In this document: piece after piece, positions 19,557 through 29,430 of the stretch
Position numbering within the stretch: the stretch's first letter is position 1
Layout: each line of letters begins with the position of its first letter
Program-made: the position numbers and the translations under genes
Virus record (IMG/VR): IMGVR_UViG_3300045988_130225
Coordinates: 32,001-96,000 of that record
Direction: 5' to 3' (one strand)
Source of the DNA: a virus
DNA: 64,000 bases
Notes under the pieces: model-generated
Database searches by the model: none
What the model was told of the DNA's origin: nothing
Seen by the model: the letters and a program-made list of their open reading frames with translations, nothing else

Positions 19557-20357
19557 TCAGACATTTTTAAATCCTTGTCCAATATTCTTTTTATTTATAA
19601 AAGCATCTGCATATTTACCTTTCTTGTTTTTATACGCAAAATGCTCTATAGGTTTTTTAAACTTTCCACCATTTGCTTCAAAATTCTTGTTTACAATATA
19701 ATCAATTTGTTCAACAACAGCATTAAACAAAGACGTAAAGCTATAAAAAGTCATTTCAAGCAAATCTTTTTTTAACATGCCATTATGTGCTGAAATGATA
19801 GATATTTTTCTTTCTAATGTTATAGGTTCTTTATTCTTATTCACCAAGCTATAATATTCATCAATAGCTTTCTTATAATCTGGGTCTAAATCTCTTTCAT
19901 CTTCATAATCATAAATATTTTGATATTGTATTATCTGTATAATATCCTCAAAATCTTTATAATCTATGATAACTCCATTTATTTCAAGAATAAATTTACC
20001 CTTATCATCAACTTTGATTGTAAGTTGTTCTTCAATTTTATCAAGTCCAAAACACAGTTCTATAATTCTAACAAATTGCCAATATCTTATAGAGTGTTTT
20101 TCAACTTTTCCAAATAATTCTTCGCCTAAAACCATTTGCAAAAGAAATTGTAAATAAGAACTTTGAATAACTTGTATATCATTAATCGCATTTTTATCTA
20201 TTGTTAATACATTGTAACAATTTATAAAATCATTAGCATTTTTTACCGTAACTGGATATAACATTATAACTTGTTTATGTCTTGTAATATAAGGAATAGG
20301 TTCATCCATTTCAATATAACTTTCATAAGGTGCTATATCAAATTTCACTGAACACAC
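19557..20357 (-). CDS. hypothetical protein (head-tail joining region)
   Basis: 266 aa, ORF track, between the capsid and tail tube genes. Confidence 0.55.
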   Translation of the reverse strand: MCSVKFDIAPYESYIEMDEPIPYITRHKQVIMLYPVTVKNANDFINCYNVLTIDKNAINDIQVIQSSYLQFLLQMVLGEELFGKVEKHSIRYWQFVRIIELCFGLDKIEEQLTIKVDDKGKFILEINGVIIDYKDFEDIIQIIQYQNIYDYEDERDLDPDYKKAIDEYYSLVNKNKEPITLERKISIISAHNGMLKKDLLEMTFYSFTSLFNAVVEQIDYIVNKNFEANGGKFKKPIEHFAYKNKKGKYADAFINKKNIGQGFKNV

Positions 20358-20911
20358 CCACTTCCTACATCACCAATCTGAACAGCCATAAATATACTTG
20401 CACCATTGTAGTTTCTTGTATTATTCAAAGCCGCCCTAGACCTACAATATTGTGATAGTTCTGCGTTAAACTGAAATTGTCCAACACCGTCCATAGCATA
20501 AGAACCATTAAGTGTTTTCATAATCTCAGTTTCCATAACATCAGCCCTATTACAAGGAATACCATTATAGTCCACAATAGCAATTTTATCACCAAATAAA
20601 ACATCAAATTCATATACAACAGTACATAAATAAGGATTTATTGGATAACTGTCATACTTAAAACATTTCAATATGGTTGTTGCATCATATTGCATATTTT
20701 CAACCAAAGGATTTAAAAATATCCTATATTTTTGTTGTTGGTCTTTATTTTTATAAATCATTCCCATTTTTTCTTCAAACGTAAGATTAGGTTTGCTTAA
20801 ACAATCATAAGTACCATACTTAAGAAGTTTAAATATATTTTCATTATTTTGAGCCAATGTCATTATAATTTTATAAGGAACATATGGCAAATTTGCAAAA
20901 TTATTAAACAT
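20345..20911 (-). CDS. hypothetical protein (head-tail joining region)
   Basis: 188 aa, ORF track. Overlaps the downstream gene by 13 nt. Confidence 0.55.
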   Translation of the reverse strand: MFNNFANLPYVPYKIIMTLAQNNENIFKLLKYGTYDCLSKPNLTFEEKMGMIYKNKDQQQKYRIFLNPLVENMQYDATTILKCFKYDSYPINPYLCTVVYEFDVLFGDKIAIVDYNGIPCNRADVMETEIMKTLNGSYAMDGVGQFQFNAELSQYCRSRAALNNTRNYNGASIFMAVQIGDVGSGCVQ

Positions 20912-20927
20912 TTACACATACTCCTTT

Positions 20928-22205
20928 CTAAAACGCAGACACTAGCTTGACTTCTTTTTGTAATGTTAAATCTTCAGCTTCTATTGTTAAAACCAATACA
21001 TCAGACGTAGGTTTTATACAAGTTAAAGCATATGTATTATCTGATTTAGACAAAGTATAATATCCTTGTTTAACACCAGCTGCAGTTACAGTAATATCAA
21101 CATTTTGTTTAATGCCATTAATCATCAACATTGGTTCAAAAATTTGAACATTACCTTGACGTACTTGTGTGAAAACAGGTGTTATAACAATCTCTTTTTT
21201 CTCAGCTACAGTTTCTACCACAGTACATATTGCTTCGTCTTGTACTGTCTTGTACTGACTGGTAGCCACATGAAATTCAATTTTAGACCCCAACTCAACA
21301 TCAGCTGAAATCTGATAATTACCGTTTTCATCTATTGTCGCACTTTCAGACGGTACAGCCCACCATTGCAAAGGAATAGACAACTGCTCGTTGTCCCTCA
21401 TTACAATAGCTTGTAACCTACCGCTACCACCTTGTACCACTTCAAATTCACCATCTTGTATCATAATCGAAAAAGTATGTTCGTAACGATTAGCCACATT
21501 ATTTTCAATATCATCAGACGGTTGAATTTCATCAAGATATAAGTCTATATAAAGAATAGTAGTATCTTGGTCTATATAACTATTCTGCATATAATTATTA
21601 TACCCAGTAATCTTAAAAGGTCTACCGTTAAATATAAACCTTTTATTTTGTTTCCATTTAATTGTTTCCTTGTTTCCTTGCACTATCATTACAACATGAT
21701 TATCTGGGGTAACAATATCTTCCATGTACTTAGGTGAAGGTGATGTAGGTGTATAGTCCAAAATACAAGGTATTGATATAATATCACCAGTATTTTCATC
21801 TACATATTTTGCAAGATTATTACAACGTCTGACAACAACAGCCTCGGAAACACTGTTATAGTTGTCTGTAAATGTTGTAATCCAGAAATTATCGTCAAAT
21901 TGATATAATAATCCTCTAGTATTTCTATCAGAAGAACCATTTTCTTGAATAATATCCTTGAAAATTAACTTTCTGAAATCATCACCATTTTTACGTCCGG
22001 TGCTTGTTTCCTCTATGACATGGTTTATATAAACAGCTATAGGATTAAACTCAAAAGAACCTATTTCAGTTTCTTCACTCACATCATATTGCACAGTGGT
22101 ATTATCCCATTGAGAATCAACTGATGCTTGCATATCGTTTCTATACTTACTGTTAGGGGTCATAGCCAGACCCTCTAGGTAAGCACCATAATAAGTTAAT
22201 GCCAT
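20928..22205 (-). CDS. hypothetical structural protein
   Basis: 425 aa with a beta-rich C-terminal half. Confidence 0.55.
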   Translation of the reverse strand: MALTYYGAYLEGLAMTPNSKYRNDMQASVDSQWDNTTVQYDVSEETEIGSFEFNPIAVYINHVIEETSTGRKNGDDFRKLIFKDIIQENGSSDRNTRGLLYQFDDNFWITTFTDNYNSVSEAVVVRRCNNLAKYVDENTGDIISIPCILDYTPTSPSPKYMEDIVTPDNHVVMIVQGNKETIKWKQNKRFIFNGRPFKITGYNNYMQNSYIDQDTTILYIDLYLDEIQPSDDIENNVANRYEHTFSIMIQDGEFEVVQGGSGRLQAIVMRDNEQLSIPLQWWAVPSESATIDENGNYQISADVELGSKIEFHVATSQYKTVQDEAICTVVETVAEKKEIVITPVFTQVRQGNVQIFEPMLMINGIKQNVDITVTAAGVKQGYYTLSKSDNTYALTCIKPTSDVLVLTIEAEDLTLQKEVKLVSAF

Positions 22206-22220
22206 GGCTATGTCCTCCTT

Positions 22221-22457
22221 TTATTTTACTAAATCTATTGCTTGAAAAATAGAAGCCTTTACCATATAATGTGTAGCTTCTGTTCCTAATTTGTTTAAAC
22301 CTCTTATGATAATAATAACTTGTTCGTTTATCTCGTTTTTCTTTACACCGTTTAACCAAACTAATAAGGTTTCTAAATATTTATAATAATCTTCTCTTGA
22401 AGTTTCATAAATACATAAAGCCTTATACAATTTCCCAATAATCAAATTCTTATTCAT
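22221..22457 (-). CDS. hypothetical protein
   Basis: 78 aa, start/stop coupled to neighbours. Confidence 0.5.
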   Translation of the reverse strand: MNKNLIIGKLYKALCIYETSREDYYKYLETLLVWLNGVKKNEINEQVIIIIRGLNKLGTEATHYMVKASIFQAIDLVK

Positions 22458-22903
22458 TAAAACACCAACTGCAAATCTTTTATTTTGTCTATATTATCAT
22501 TCTGATAATCCAAACTATCTTGCTTTATCTTTTCTCTCATTCTATCCAGATATTCAGATTTAGCGTCCAGATTATTTGCTTCTGCATAATGTTTAAAGTC
22601 TGTATTAGTAAGGTGTAAATTAAATTGAGTAACATCATTAACATTGGTTTCAAACCAAGTGTATACAAACCAATCTGCTAAAATACTTTGTTCTTTCAAA
22701 GTTAATTCATTAGCAAATTCTCTAGTTTCCACATCATAATCAAGAGGTTGTAAACATTCAACAAATTTAGGTATAGATTTAATTAACATTCCATCAGTAT
22801 ATTTTTGAAAATCATCAGCACTTTTTTCATAAAGTTTATCCAATTTGTAGTCACGAATAATAATTAATGCTAAGTCTTTTATAGAATCAAAGGAAGTAGC
22901 CAT
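22457..22903 (-). CDS. hypothetical protein (possible head-tail adaptor)
   Basis: 148 aa. Called by position only. Confidence 0.45.
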   Translation of the reverse strand: MATSFDSIKDLALIIIRDYKLDKLYEKSADDFQKYTDGMLIKSIPKFVECLQPLDYDVETREFANELTLKEQSILADWFVYTWFETNVNDVTQFNLHLTNTDFKHYAEANNLDAKSEYLDRMREKIKQDSLDYQNDNIDKIKDLQLVF

Positions 22904-22927
22904 AGTCTTTCACCTCCTTTTCATTAA

Positions 22928-23590
22928 TTATTCAGCTTCGATTCCAACAAAATCAATTCCAGTAAGTTCACCAAGTTTAACCAGAACATTTGCATCTACA
23001 TCAATTCCTTGTAAACGCTTATTCTTAATCATTTCTACAATGGTTTCTTTCTGACCTCTTGGAGCCATATTATAAAGGTCAATGATTTTATTTGCATCAT
23101 TCTTGAAAATATTCTCAATGACATCTGGTGGTAACATCTTATTATATTCAGACGTTTTTCTTAATTTCTTAACAACTTCTTCGTCAGCGATATAGAAATA
23201 TCCCTCATTAGCAAATCTCTGATTGTGCTGTACAATATCTTTCAAATCACCAAATGGAATATCCATAATCTGTCCAAAATCAGTAAAGGTGTAAATATTT
23301 CCTTGACCTCTACCTTGTGTTGCTAAGTTTAATTCGCCTTGACACATACTTACAACTGGTACTTCAACTTCGAGGTAGTTGTAAAACCTATCGTTACCAG
23401 ACGGTACAGACTGGGCAACTCCTTGTGTCTTAACCTTCCCCTCTAAGTCATTAAGTCTGTTCATAAGTGCTTCAAATTGCTCTGTACTAAGTGTTACCGT
23501 ATTAGCAGATTTTTCTTCTACGTTTTCTGTTACAGTTTCCTCAACAATAGGTGCTGTAGCAGTCTTTTTTGCTGTTTTTGCGGTTGCCAT
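22928..23590 (-). CDS. hypothetical head-associated protein
   Basis: 220 aa, directly downstream of the capsid gene terminator. Confidence 0.5.
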   Translation of the reverse strand: MATAKTAKKTATAPIVEETVTENVEEKSANTVTLSTEQFEALMNRLNDLEGKVKTQGVAQSVPSGNDRFYNYLEVEVPVVSMCQGELNLATQGRGQGNIYTFTDFGQIMDIPFGDLKDIVQHNQRFANEGYFYIADEEVVKKLRKTSEYNKMLPPDVIENIFKNDANKIIDLYNMAPRGQKETIVEMIKNKRLQGIDVDANVLVKLGELTGIDFVGIEAE

Positions 23591-23623
23591 ATCGTTTCAT
23601 TCCTTTCATTCATTTTATTCATT

Positions 23624-23668
23624 AAAAAAGAAATGCCAAGAAAGCATAAAACTTCCTTGGCATTTTTA
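23624..23668 (-). terminator. rho-independent terminator after the capsid gene
   Basis: 11-bp stem TGCCAAGGAAG/CTTTCTTGGCA followed on the minus strand by TTTCTTTTTT. There is also a T-run on the plus strand. Confidence 0.7.
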
Positions 23669-23697
23669 TGCTTAAGTCTTAAAAAGACCAATTAAAA

Positions 23698-24807
23698 TTA
23701 GTCAAGTTTAACTAAACCAGCAGTTGAGTTAGTAATAAGTTCACATGCCCAACTCTTATTAATAGTAGTGTTAGATGTAAGATTTGCGTTATCGTAGTAG
23801 TTATTTCCATTGCTGAGTTGAGTACCTTCAATTACCATTTTAACTAACTTATCTGTAGACGGAGATACAACATAAATCTTCTTATCATCAAGTGCCAGAG
23901 AATACTTAGAGTAATCACCAGTAGCGACCTGTGGCAGAACCATAATGTCATAGTCAAAGAAGTTCTTGATAAGCTGAATACTCTGGGAGTTACTATCTGT
24001 TACGATTCTGTAACCATTAGCGGCGTTTGGAATAATCTTAGATAATGCAAGTGCAGTACCTACGATTACAGCCTTATCACCCTGATTATAAGCGGTTACA
24101 GTCTGACACAGACCAAGCAGAGTGTCCTGTGTATAACCAGTCTTAACTAAAGCCGTAGGATAAGTAGCCGCAGTTAAACCTGCGTTCAGTGCATTGTAAG
24201 CGTCCAGAGAGAAAGCAGTTTCCATAGAACGAACAGCGGTTCTTACAAACTCAGCTAAATTCTCCTTGCCTGCTAGAGCCTTATACAGAGAAGCGTAAAC
24301 AGTGATGTTGTGGTTTACTGGATTAAGGGTCTTGTTTGCACTAAACTGTTTCTGACGAATAGTAGTTCTCTGACCATGTGCGCCAGTAGAAACAGTCATT
24401 AACGCTCTTGGCTTAATCTCAAACTGTGCAGAATCACCCCAAGCAACATTACGAACTTCGGTATACACTCCAACAGAACGAATAATGGTTTCTGGTAATA
24501 CTGCCTGAATCAGCATATCAACAACAGCAAAAGCTGCCCACTGCATCATTGGATTAGCAACTAAATGCATAGGCTGAATATCTTCTGGCAGATTACAACC
24601 TGCAAATCTCTGAACTTCACCTAAGAAAGACTTGTTAATCTTATCTTCCTTTTCACTCAGAGAAACAGAATTATCAAAATCACCTAATTCTTTTTTGTTT
24701 ACCTTAGACATGTAATGGAAATAATAATCTCTGAATCTGTCAACAAATTTTAAAGTGTCCTCATTACCGTTAGAGAACTTAATAATGGATAAATCCTTAA
24801 TAGCCAT
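23698..24807 (-). CDS. major capsid protein
   Basis: 369 aa with elevated GC and biased codons, followed by a strong terminator, and lying downstream of the protease/scaffold gene. Confidence 0.7.
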   Translation of the reverse strand: MAIKDLSIIKFSNGNEDTLKFVDRFRDYYFHYMSKVNKKELGDFDNSVSLSEKEDKINKSFLGEVQRFAGCNLPEDIQPMHLVANPMMQWAAFAVVDMLIQAVLPETIIRSVGVYTEVRNVAWGDSAQFEIKPRALMTVSTGAHGQRTTIRQKQFSANKTLNPVNHNITVYASLYKALAGKENLAEFVRTAVRSMETAFSLDAYNALNAGLTAATYPTALVKTGYTQDTLLGLCQTVTAYNQGDKAVIVGTALALSKIIPNAANGYRIVTDSNSQSIQLIKNFFDYDIMVLPQVATGDYSKYSLALDDKKIYVVSPSTDKLVKMVIEGTQLSNGNNYYDNANLTSNTTINKSWACELITNSTAGLVKLD

Positions 24808-24858
24808 AAGTCTAAAATCCCCTTTCTAATATATACTCAATTATATACCCAATCAAAA

Positions 24859-25407
24859 TTACTGAACTCTTTCAAGAATCCAACCTGCTTCGCTATCAGT
24901 ACCAATAGCAAAAGGCATAGCTTTGCGAATAGCAAATCTTAAACCAGTATAAGCACTTGTAGCTTCTGCAATAGCTTTCCAACCAGTACCTGCGGTATAT
25001 TCTACAAACTTAGCTGTAGCACCAATGGTTGCAGGGTCTTGTGCGCTTGCGAAGAATGGTGTAGAAATTTGCACACAGTCACCAATCTGTACAGAAAATA
25101 CATCAAATTCTACATTCTTAACATTGGTGTAATTTCTTGGGTCAACACTAATACCTTTGTACAGTAAAGTACCATCAGCAAGTACGTTTACTTCTGGAGC
25201 GCAAGCCATCCAATACTGAGCGTGTTTACCTGCATCACCTAAAGGGGTAGCTGTCCATACAAATTCCTTACCTGCTGTTTCACTAAAACCATTTTCAAGA
25301 GTAACTACAGTACCGTTCATAACATCTTCACTACAAATAGCACTACGATTATAAGCGTCTACGTTATCAGCCGCAATTCTGGATAAAACTAAAACTGTAT
25401 TAGCCAT
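24859..25407 (-). CDS. head protein (decoration or scaffold-like)
   Basis: 182 aa, between the protease-scaffold and capsid genes. Confidence 0.45.
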   Translation of the reverse strand: MANTVLVLSRIAADNVDAYNRSAICSEDVMNGTVVTLENGFSETAGKEFVWTATPLGDAGKHAQYWMACAPEVNVLADGTLLYKGISVDPRNYTNVKNVEFDVFSVQIGDCVQISTPFFASAQDPATIGATAKFVEYTAGTGWKAIAEATSAYTGLRFAIRKAMPFAIGTDSEAGWILERVQ

Positions 25408-25441
25408 ATTCTAATTACCTCACTTTTCTTATTATTTTTTA

Positions 25442-27208
25442 TTAATCAGCCCATAAACCAGTATTTTTATTTGTTTCAACAGGTGAACCCATACGCCATA
25501 ATCCCTGTCTTGATTTATTAGACTTTTTACTTGCTTCAAAAGCTACACTCTTAACCTTGTTCTTCCAACCGTCTAATTCAGACATCTTACAAAGTTTTCC
25601 CTCACACTCAAACTTTTCAAATTCGTCTTTGTCAACAAAATTTTTAACTTCTTCAAGTGTCTTTGCAACTTCCATTTCTACAGATTTCTTTTCTGTATCT
25701 TCTTTGAACTTTCTCAATTCACCAAGTTCTGTATCTTTCTGCATGATAATATTGTCTTTATCCTCTAAATCTTTTGCTAACTTAGCGTTCTTTTCAGCTT
25801 CTTTTTCAAGCATTTCACAATAAGCAGAAGCATCTACATTAGCATCTGTGGAAAGCTTTTTAATGAAATCTACACATTCAGACATAGTAATTGCCTTGTC
25901 CTGTTTTTCTTCCATTTTAGCTTTTTCTTTATTATCTTCATGTTCATCATCATCTGCTTTTTCTTCCATTTTCTGAACTTTATCTTTCTTTACAGTGTTC
26001 CACTTAATATCAGCAGAAACCTTTTTATCGTCTTTACTAACTTTAACATCAGCTTCAACACGATACCTTTCATCACCTTTAGTATAAATAATATGGTCTT
26101 TTTCTACGGAATCAACATAGACATCTTTACCCTCATGGTCTTGAACCTTAGCAATAATATCACCCCATGCTTTTCTTCCTTCAATTTCAAATTTCTGTTC
26201 TTGCATAGTTTTACTTTCCTTTCCTTTACTCTCTTTATTATCGTCATTATCTTCAATATCAAGACTTTTATAAATCTTTTCAATTTTAGACACAACATCA
26301 GTTTCATTTTCAGCTTTAGCGTAACCTAAAGCAGAACTTAAACCATTACGATTATATACTAAAGTATCACCTTTAAACTGCATAACTGGATATTTCAGCT
26401 TATCAGATGGTGCGTCTTTCCAACCATTTTCTACTTTCATGTATACATCTTTAACGAGAGTATCAGCATTAGAAGCATCAATAATTTTCTTATAAAGTTC
26501 AGTTTTATCTACTTCACCCCATGGTGTATCTACCATAGAATCCTTAGATTTATCTACTTTATATGTTTTCTTTTCCATGTTTACCCTCCTTTCTTTTGCG
26601 AATTTCTTTAATTCAGATAAACTATTACTTTTGCAATTTTCGTAAAATTTATTAGCTTTTTCTTCAAACTTTACCAATTTTGCATTTGCTCCGGGACTAC
26701 TTGGATTTATCCTTTTGCCCAGAACAGTTAAACCTACGATACAAAAATTGGAAATCAAATTATTATCAACTTCACCGTTTTCCAATTCTGTGCCTACGGT
26801 CAACATTTCCACTGATACGCTTCTGCGATTATCGTTATATTTAAACATATTATACACATCTTCTGCATAAATCTTAGAAATAACAAAATCACATATTGCT
26901 AAAAGATAGCCGTCTTTATCATATTCAAAGCGAATATCTTGATTTTCAGGTATTCTTCCAGATATGCACTCGTCAACCGTATGACCTTCACCATCTTTTG
27001 TATAAGGATTTACCTTACACACAAGCCATTTACCCTTTATTGTATCAGCACAATTTCTTAATACTTCTTCTGAAATAATTAACCCATGGGTATTAGGTCT
27101 TGTACTCAGAAAAAGTGTAGTTCCATAGGCAAATTCTGGGTCATCATCATCAACAAATTTTTCAATAACATCTACTGAAAAATTTCGTTTAATCTGTTTT
27201 ATTTCCAA
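25442..27208 (-). CDS. prohead protease fused to acidic scaffold-like domain
   Basis: The N-terminal ~190 aa has NTHG...RRSVSVEM...IVGLTVLGKRINPSSPGANA, resembling HK97-type prohead protease blocks. The C-terminal 350 aa is a K/E/D-rich coiled coil. Confidence 0.5.
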   Translation of the reverse strand: MEIKQIKRNFSVDVIEKFVDDDDPEFAYGTTLFLSTRPNTHGLIISEEVLRNCADTIKGKWLVCKVNPYTKDGEGHTVDECISGRIPENQDIRFEYDKDGYLLAICDFVISKIYAEDVYNMFKYNDNRRSVSVEMLTVGTELENGEVDNNLISNFCIVGLTVLGKRINPSSPGANAKLVKFEEKANKFYENCKSNSLSELKKFAKERRVNMEKKTYKVDKSKDSMVDTPWGEVDKTELYKKIIDASNADTLVKDVYMKVENGWKDAPSDKLKYPVMQFKGDTLVYNRNGLSSALGYAKAENETDVVSKIEKIYKSLDIEDNDDNKESKGKESKTMQEQKFEIEGRKAWGDIIAKVQDHEGKDVYVDSVEKDHIIYTKGDERYRVEADVKVSKDDKKVSADIKWNTVKKDKVQKMEEKADDDEHEDNKEKAKMEEKQDKAITMSECVDFIKKLSTDANVDASAYCEMLEKEAEKNAKLAKDLEDKDNIIMQKDTELGELRKFKEDTEKKSVEMEVAKTLEEVKNFVDKDEFEKFECEGKLCKMSELDGWKNKVKSVAFEASKKSNKSRQGLWRMGSPVETNKNTGLWAD

Positions 27209-27416
27209 TGAACTCCACTCTCCTTTCTTTTAATATTCCATGAGTTTCGCTCAATTTCATATACTTATCTACAAATTTCTTATCAATCTTATAATAAGTT
27301 GCTTCTCTATCCATATACATAGGCATAAGACCATTTTCTTGTAACAACAAATTCTCTTGTGAATTGGTTACTCGCCAATAGTCTGTATCATTTAAAGGTG
27401 TACTACGAAAAATCAT
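27189..27416 (-). CDS. hypothetical protein
   Basis: ORF track 27189..27440. ATG 27416 overlaps the upstream stop (ATGA coupling). Confidence 0.5.
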   Translation of the reverse strand: MIFRSTPLNDTDYWRVTNSQENLLLQENGLMPMYMDREATYYKIDKKFVDKYMKLSETHGILKERRVEFIGNKTD

Positions 27417-27919
27417 AATTTCACCCCTTTGATACCCCATTTGCTAATATTAAAATCGAACTTATCAAAATCTGTAGGCATTTGTTGTGCTTTATCATTT
27501 AATGTATTTACTTGTCCCATAATGATATTGTATTTTCTAAATAATCTATACATATCGGAAGTTACGTTTCTATCCCTATGAGCAATAGCAATGTCTACTA
27601 CTTTATTCATAATTTCATAAACTTCGCTAAACTCTTTTAAGACCGTAGAAAACATATCAGATAAATTAGAATAATTTCTATCATCTTTATGGACTTCTGG
27701 GCGAATAGAAGATAAATTATAATTATCTTTAATTTCACTCACAACATCTGCAAGCAAAGGCATAGTATGACTTATGTTAAGATGTACAATTTCTCCTGCG
27801 TTTGGCATAGAAAAATCGTTTAGCATAACAGAAGCTACTCTATCCAAAGTTGCGTTCAAATCAAAAAACGCTCCATACAGCACGTCTAACGCTTCACTTG
27901 TTTCTTCATGTATCAACAA
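27413..27919 (-). CDS. hypothetical helical protein
   Basis: 168 aa. It has only a TTG start, and its GGTGAG RBS lies in the last bases of the TnpB element right end. Confidence 0.5.
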   Translation of the reverse strand: MLIHEETSEALDVLYGAFFDLNATLDRVASVMLNDFSMPNAGEIVHLNISHTMPLLADVVSEIKDNYNLSSIRPEVHKDDRNYSNLSDMFSTVLKEFSEVYEIMNKVVDIAIAHRDRNVTSDMYRLFRKYNIIMGQVNTLNDKAQQMPTDFDKFDFNISKWGIKGVKL

Positions 27920-28095
27920 ATCAACTCACCGTTACTGAAAACTTATAAAAAGTTATAAACTTTTATGTTTCATTCCTACTTCAACGAGTATGCTTTCATA
28001 ATTATTTCTAATATACTACTCACAAGTTCTTGCACTCTCCATAGGCGTAAATTCCGAACTAACGTATTCGTACATATTTATATCAACCTGAAATG
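27907..28095 (-). ncRNA. putative omega RNA (scaffold plus guide) of TnpB-1
   Basis: ORF-free 3' flank of tnpB up to and just past the inferred right end. Called by analogy with TnpB systems and not folded rigorously. Confidence 0.35.
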
Positions 28096-29410
28096 CTATG
28101 ATACAGATTGATTTAAAACATTTTCTCCATATCTTTTAAGATTTAAAGATGCTTGATAATCTCTGTCAATCATATTACCGCAATCACATTTATAAACACG
28201 GTCTGATAATTTTAAATCTTTTTTAATTTTGCCACAACAACTGCATAATTTAGAACTAGGAAAAAACCTATCAGCAACTATTACAGTAATATTATTCCAT
28301 TTACTTTTATATTTAATTTGCCGTCTAAACTCATAAAATCCTTGCTGTTGTATAGCTTTGGATAAATGTTTATTTTTCATCATACCTTTTACATTCAAAT
28401 CTTCAATACAAATAAAACTTGGTTCTCGCTTTATAATTTCAGAAGTTATTTGATGTAAATAATTCTTGCGAATATTTGTTAGTTTATGATTTACTTTTAA
28501 AAGTTTCTTTTCGCTTTTTACAATGTTACTTGTTTTACAATAACTATCTCCTTTCTTGTTTTTTAAATATTCCCTAGAAACAGAACGCTGTAACCTACGT
28601 TTTTTCTTCTCTAACTGTTTTATCTTTTGTGATTTATTTATATTTTGATATTTATAATTATTAGAACAAATAGCTAAATCTTTAATTCCTAAATCAATAC
28701 CAATTCCTTCTTTATTAGGAATATTTACACTATCTGGATATTCTACACCAACTGTAATCCACCAATTTAATCCGTCAAATTTAATTCTAGGATTATAATA
28801 TTTACAATCTGTCGGTATACGATTACGTTCAGCAAGTCGTATCCAGTTTAATTTCTGCTTATTTTTCTTTTTAGATTTTGTAAATCCTTCAACTTTTACA
28901 TGAGTTTCAGAAAATTGAATTTTTACACTATCTTGGTAAAAGGAGGGTGTAGATTTTTTTCTGTTTTTAAATTTAGGAAAGTTTGTCAAGCCTTTAAAAA
29001 ATTTCTTATAAGCATCACAAGCATCTTTAATAGCTTGTTTTGTGACATTGTTAGAAATATCATTTAACCAGACATATTTCTGTGTATGTTTCATTTTTGT
29101 AAATTCTTTTCGCAAATCCGTATCAGATAGAAATTTACCACCATTTTTATAATTTTCTTGTTCTCTTGCTAATGCCCAGTTATAAGCAAATCGAGCAGTG
29201 TAAGCATACTGAAGCAATTTTGTCTTTTGTTTATTGTTTGGAATTAACATTACTCGAATCGTTTTTAACACATTGTTCGCCACCTTCATCTATAAGTTCT
29301 TTTACAAATTTCTTTGCTTTGTCTTATAAAACTTATAAAAATCAACATTCAATTATAACTTTTTATAAGTTTATAATCATTGTTATTCACCTCTTTCAAC
29401 CAGTGTTACT
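27927..29410 (-). mobile_element. tnpA-less IS200/IS605-type TnpB element 1
   Basis: The left flank AGTAACAGTG (rc of 29411-29420) is repeated as the element end AGTAACGGTG (rc of 27927-27936). A 13-bp perfect subterminal hairpin lies at 29329-29341/29360-29372. The element carries one tnpB ORF. Confidence 0.65.
28096..29289 (-). CDS. tnpB: TnpB RNA-guided nuclease
   Basis: 397 aa. RuvC triad contexts GIDLGIKDL, ICIEDLNVKGM and IDRDYQASLNL, plus zinc finger CSCCGK...CDCGN. Confidence 0.85.
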   Translation of the reverse strand: MKVANNVLKTIRVMLIPNNKQKTKLLQYAYTARFAYNWALAREQENYKNGGKFLSDTDLRKEFTKMKHTQKYVWLNDISNNVTKQAIKDACDAYKKFFKGLTNFPKFKNRKKSTPSFYQDSVKIQFSETHVKVEGFTKSKKKNKQKLNWIRLAERNRIPTDCKYYNPRIKFDGLNWWITVGVEYPDSVNIPNKEGIGIDLGIKDLAICSNNYKYQNINKSQKIKQLEKKKRRLQRSVSREYLKNKKGDSYCKTSNIVKSEKKLLKVNHKLTNIRKNYLHQITSEIIKREPSFICIEDLNVKGMMKNKHLSKAIQQQGFYEFRRQIKYKSKWNNITVIVADRFFPSSKLCSCCGKIKKDLKLSDRVYKCDCGNMIDRDYQASLNLKRYGENVLNQSVS

Positions 29411-29430
29411 CACTGTTACTAATCAGTACC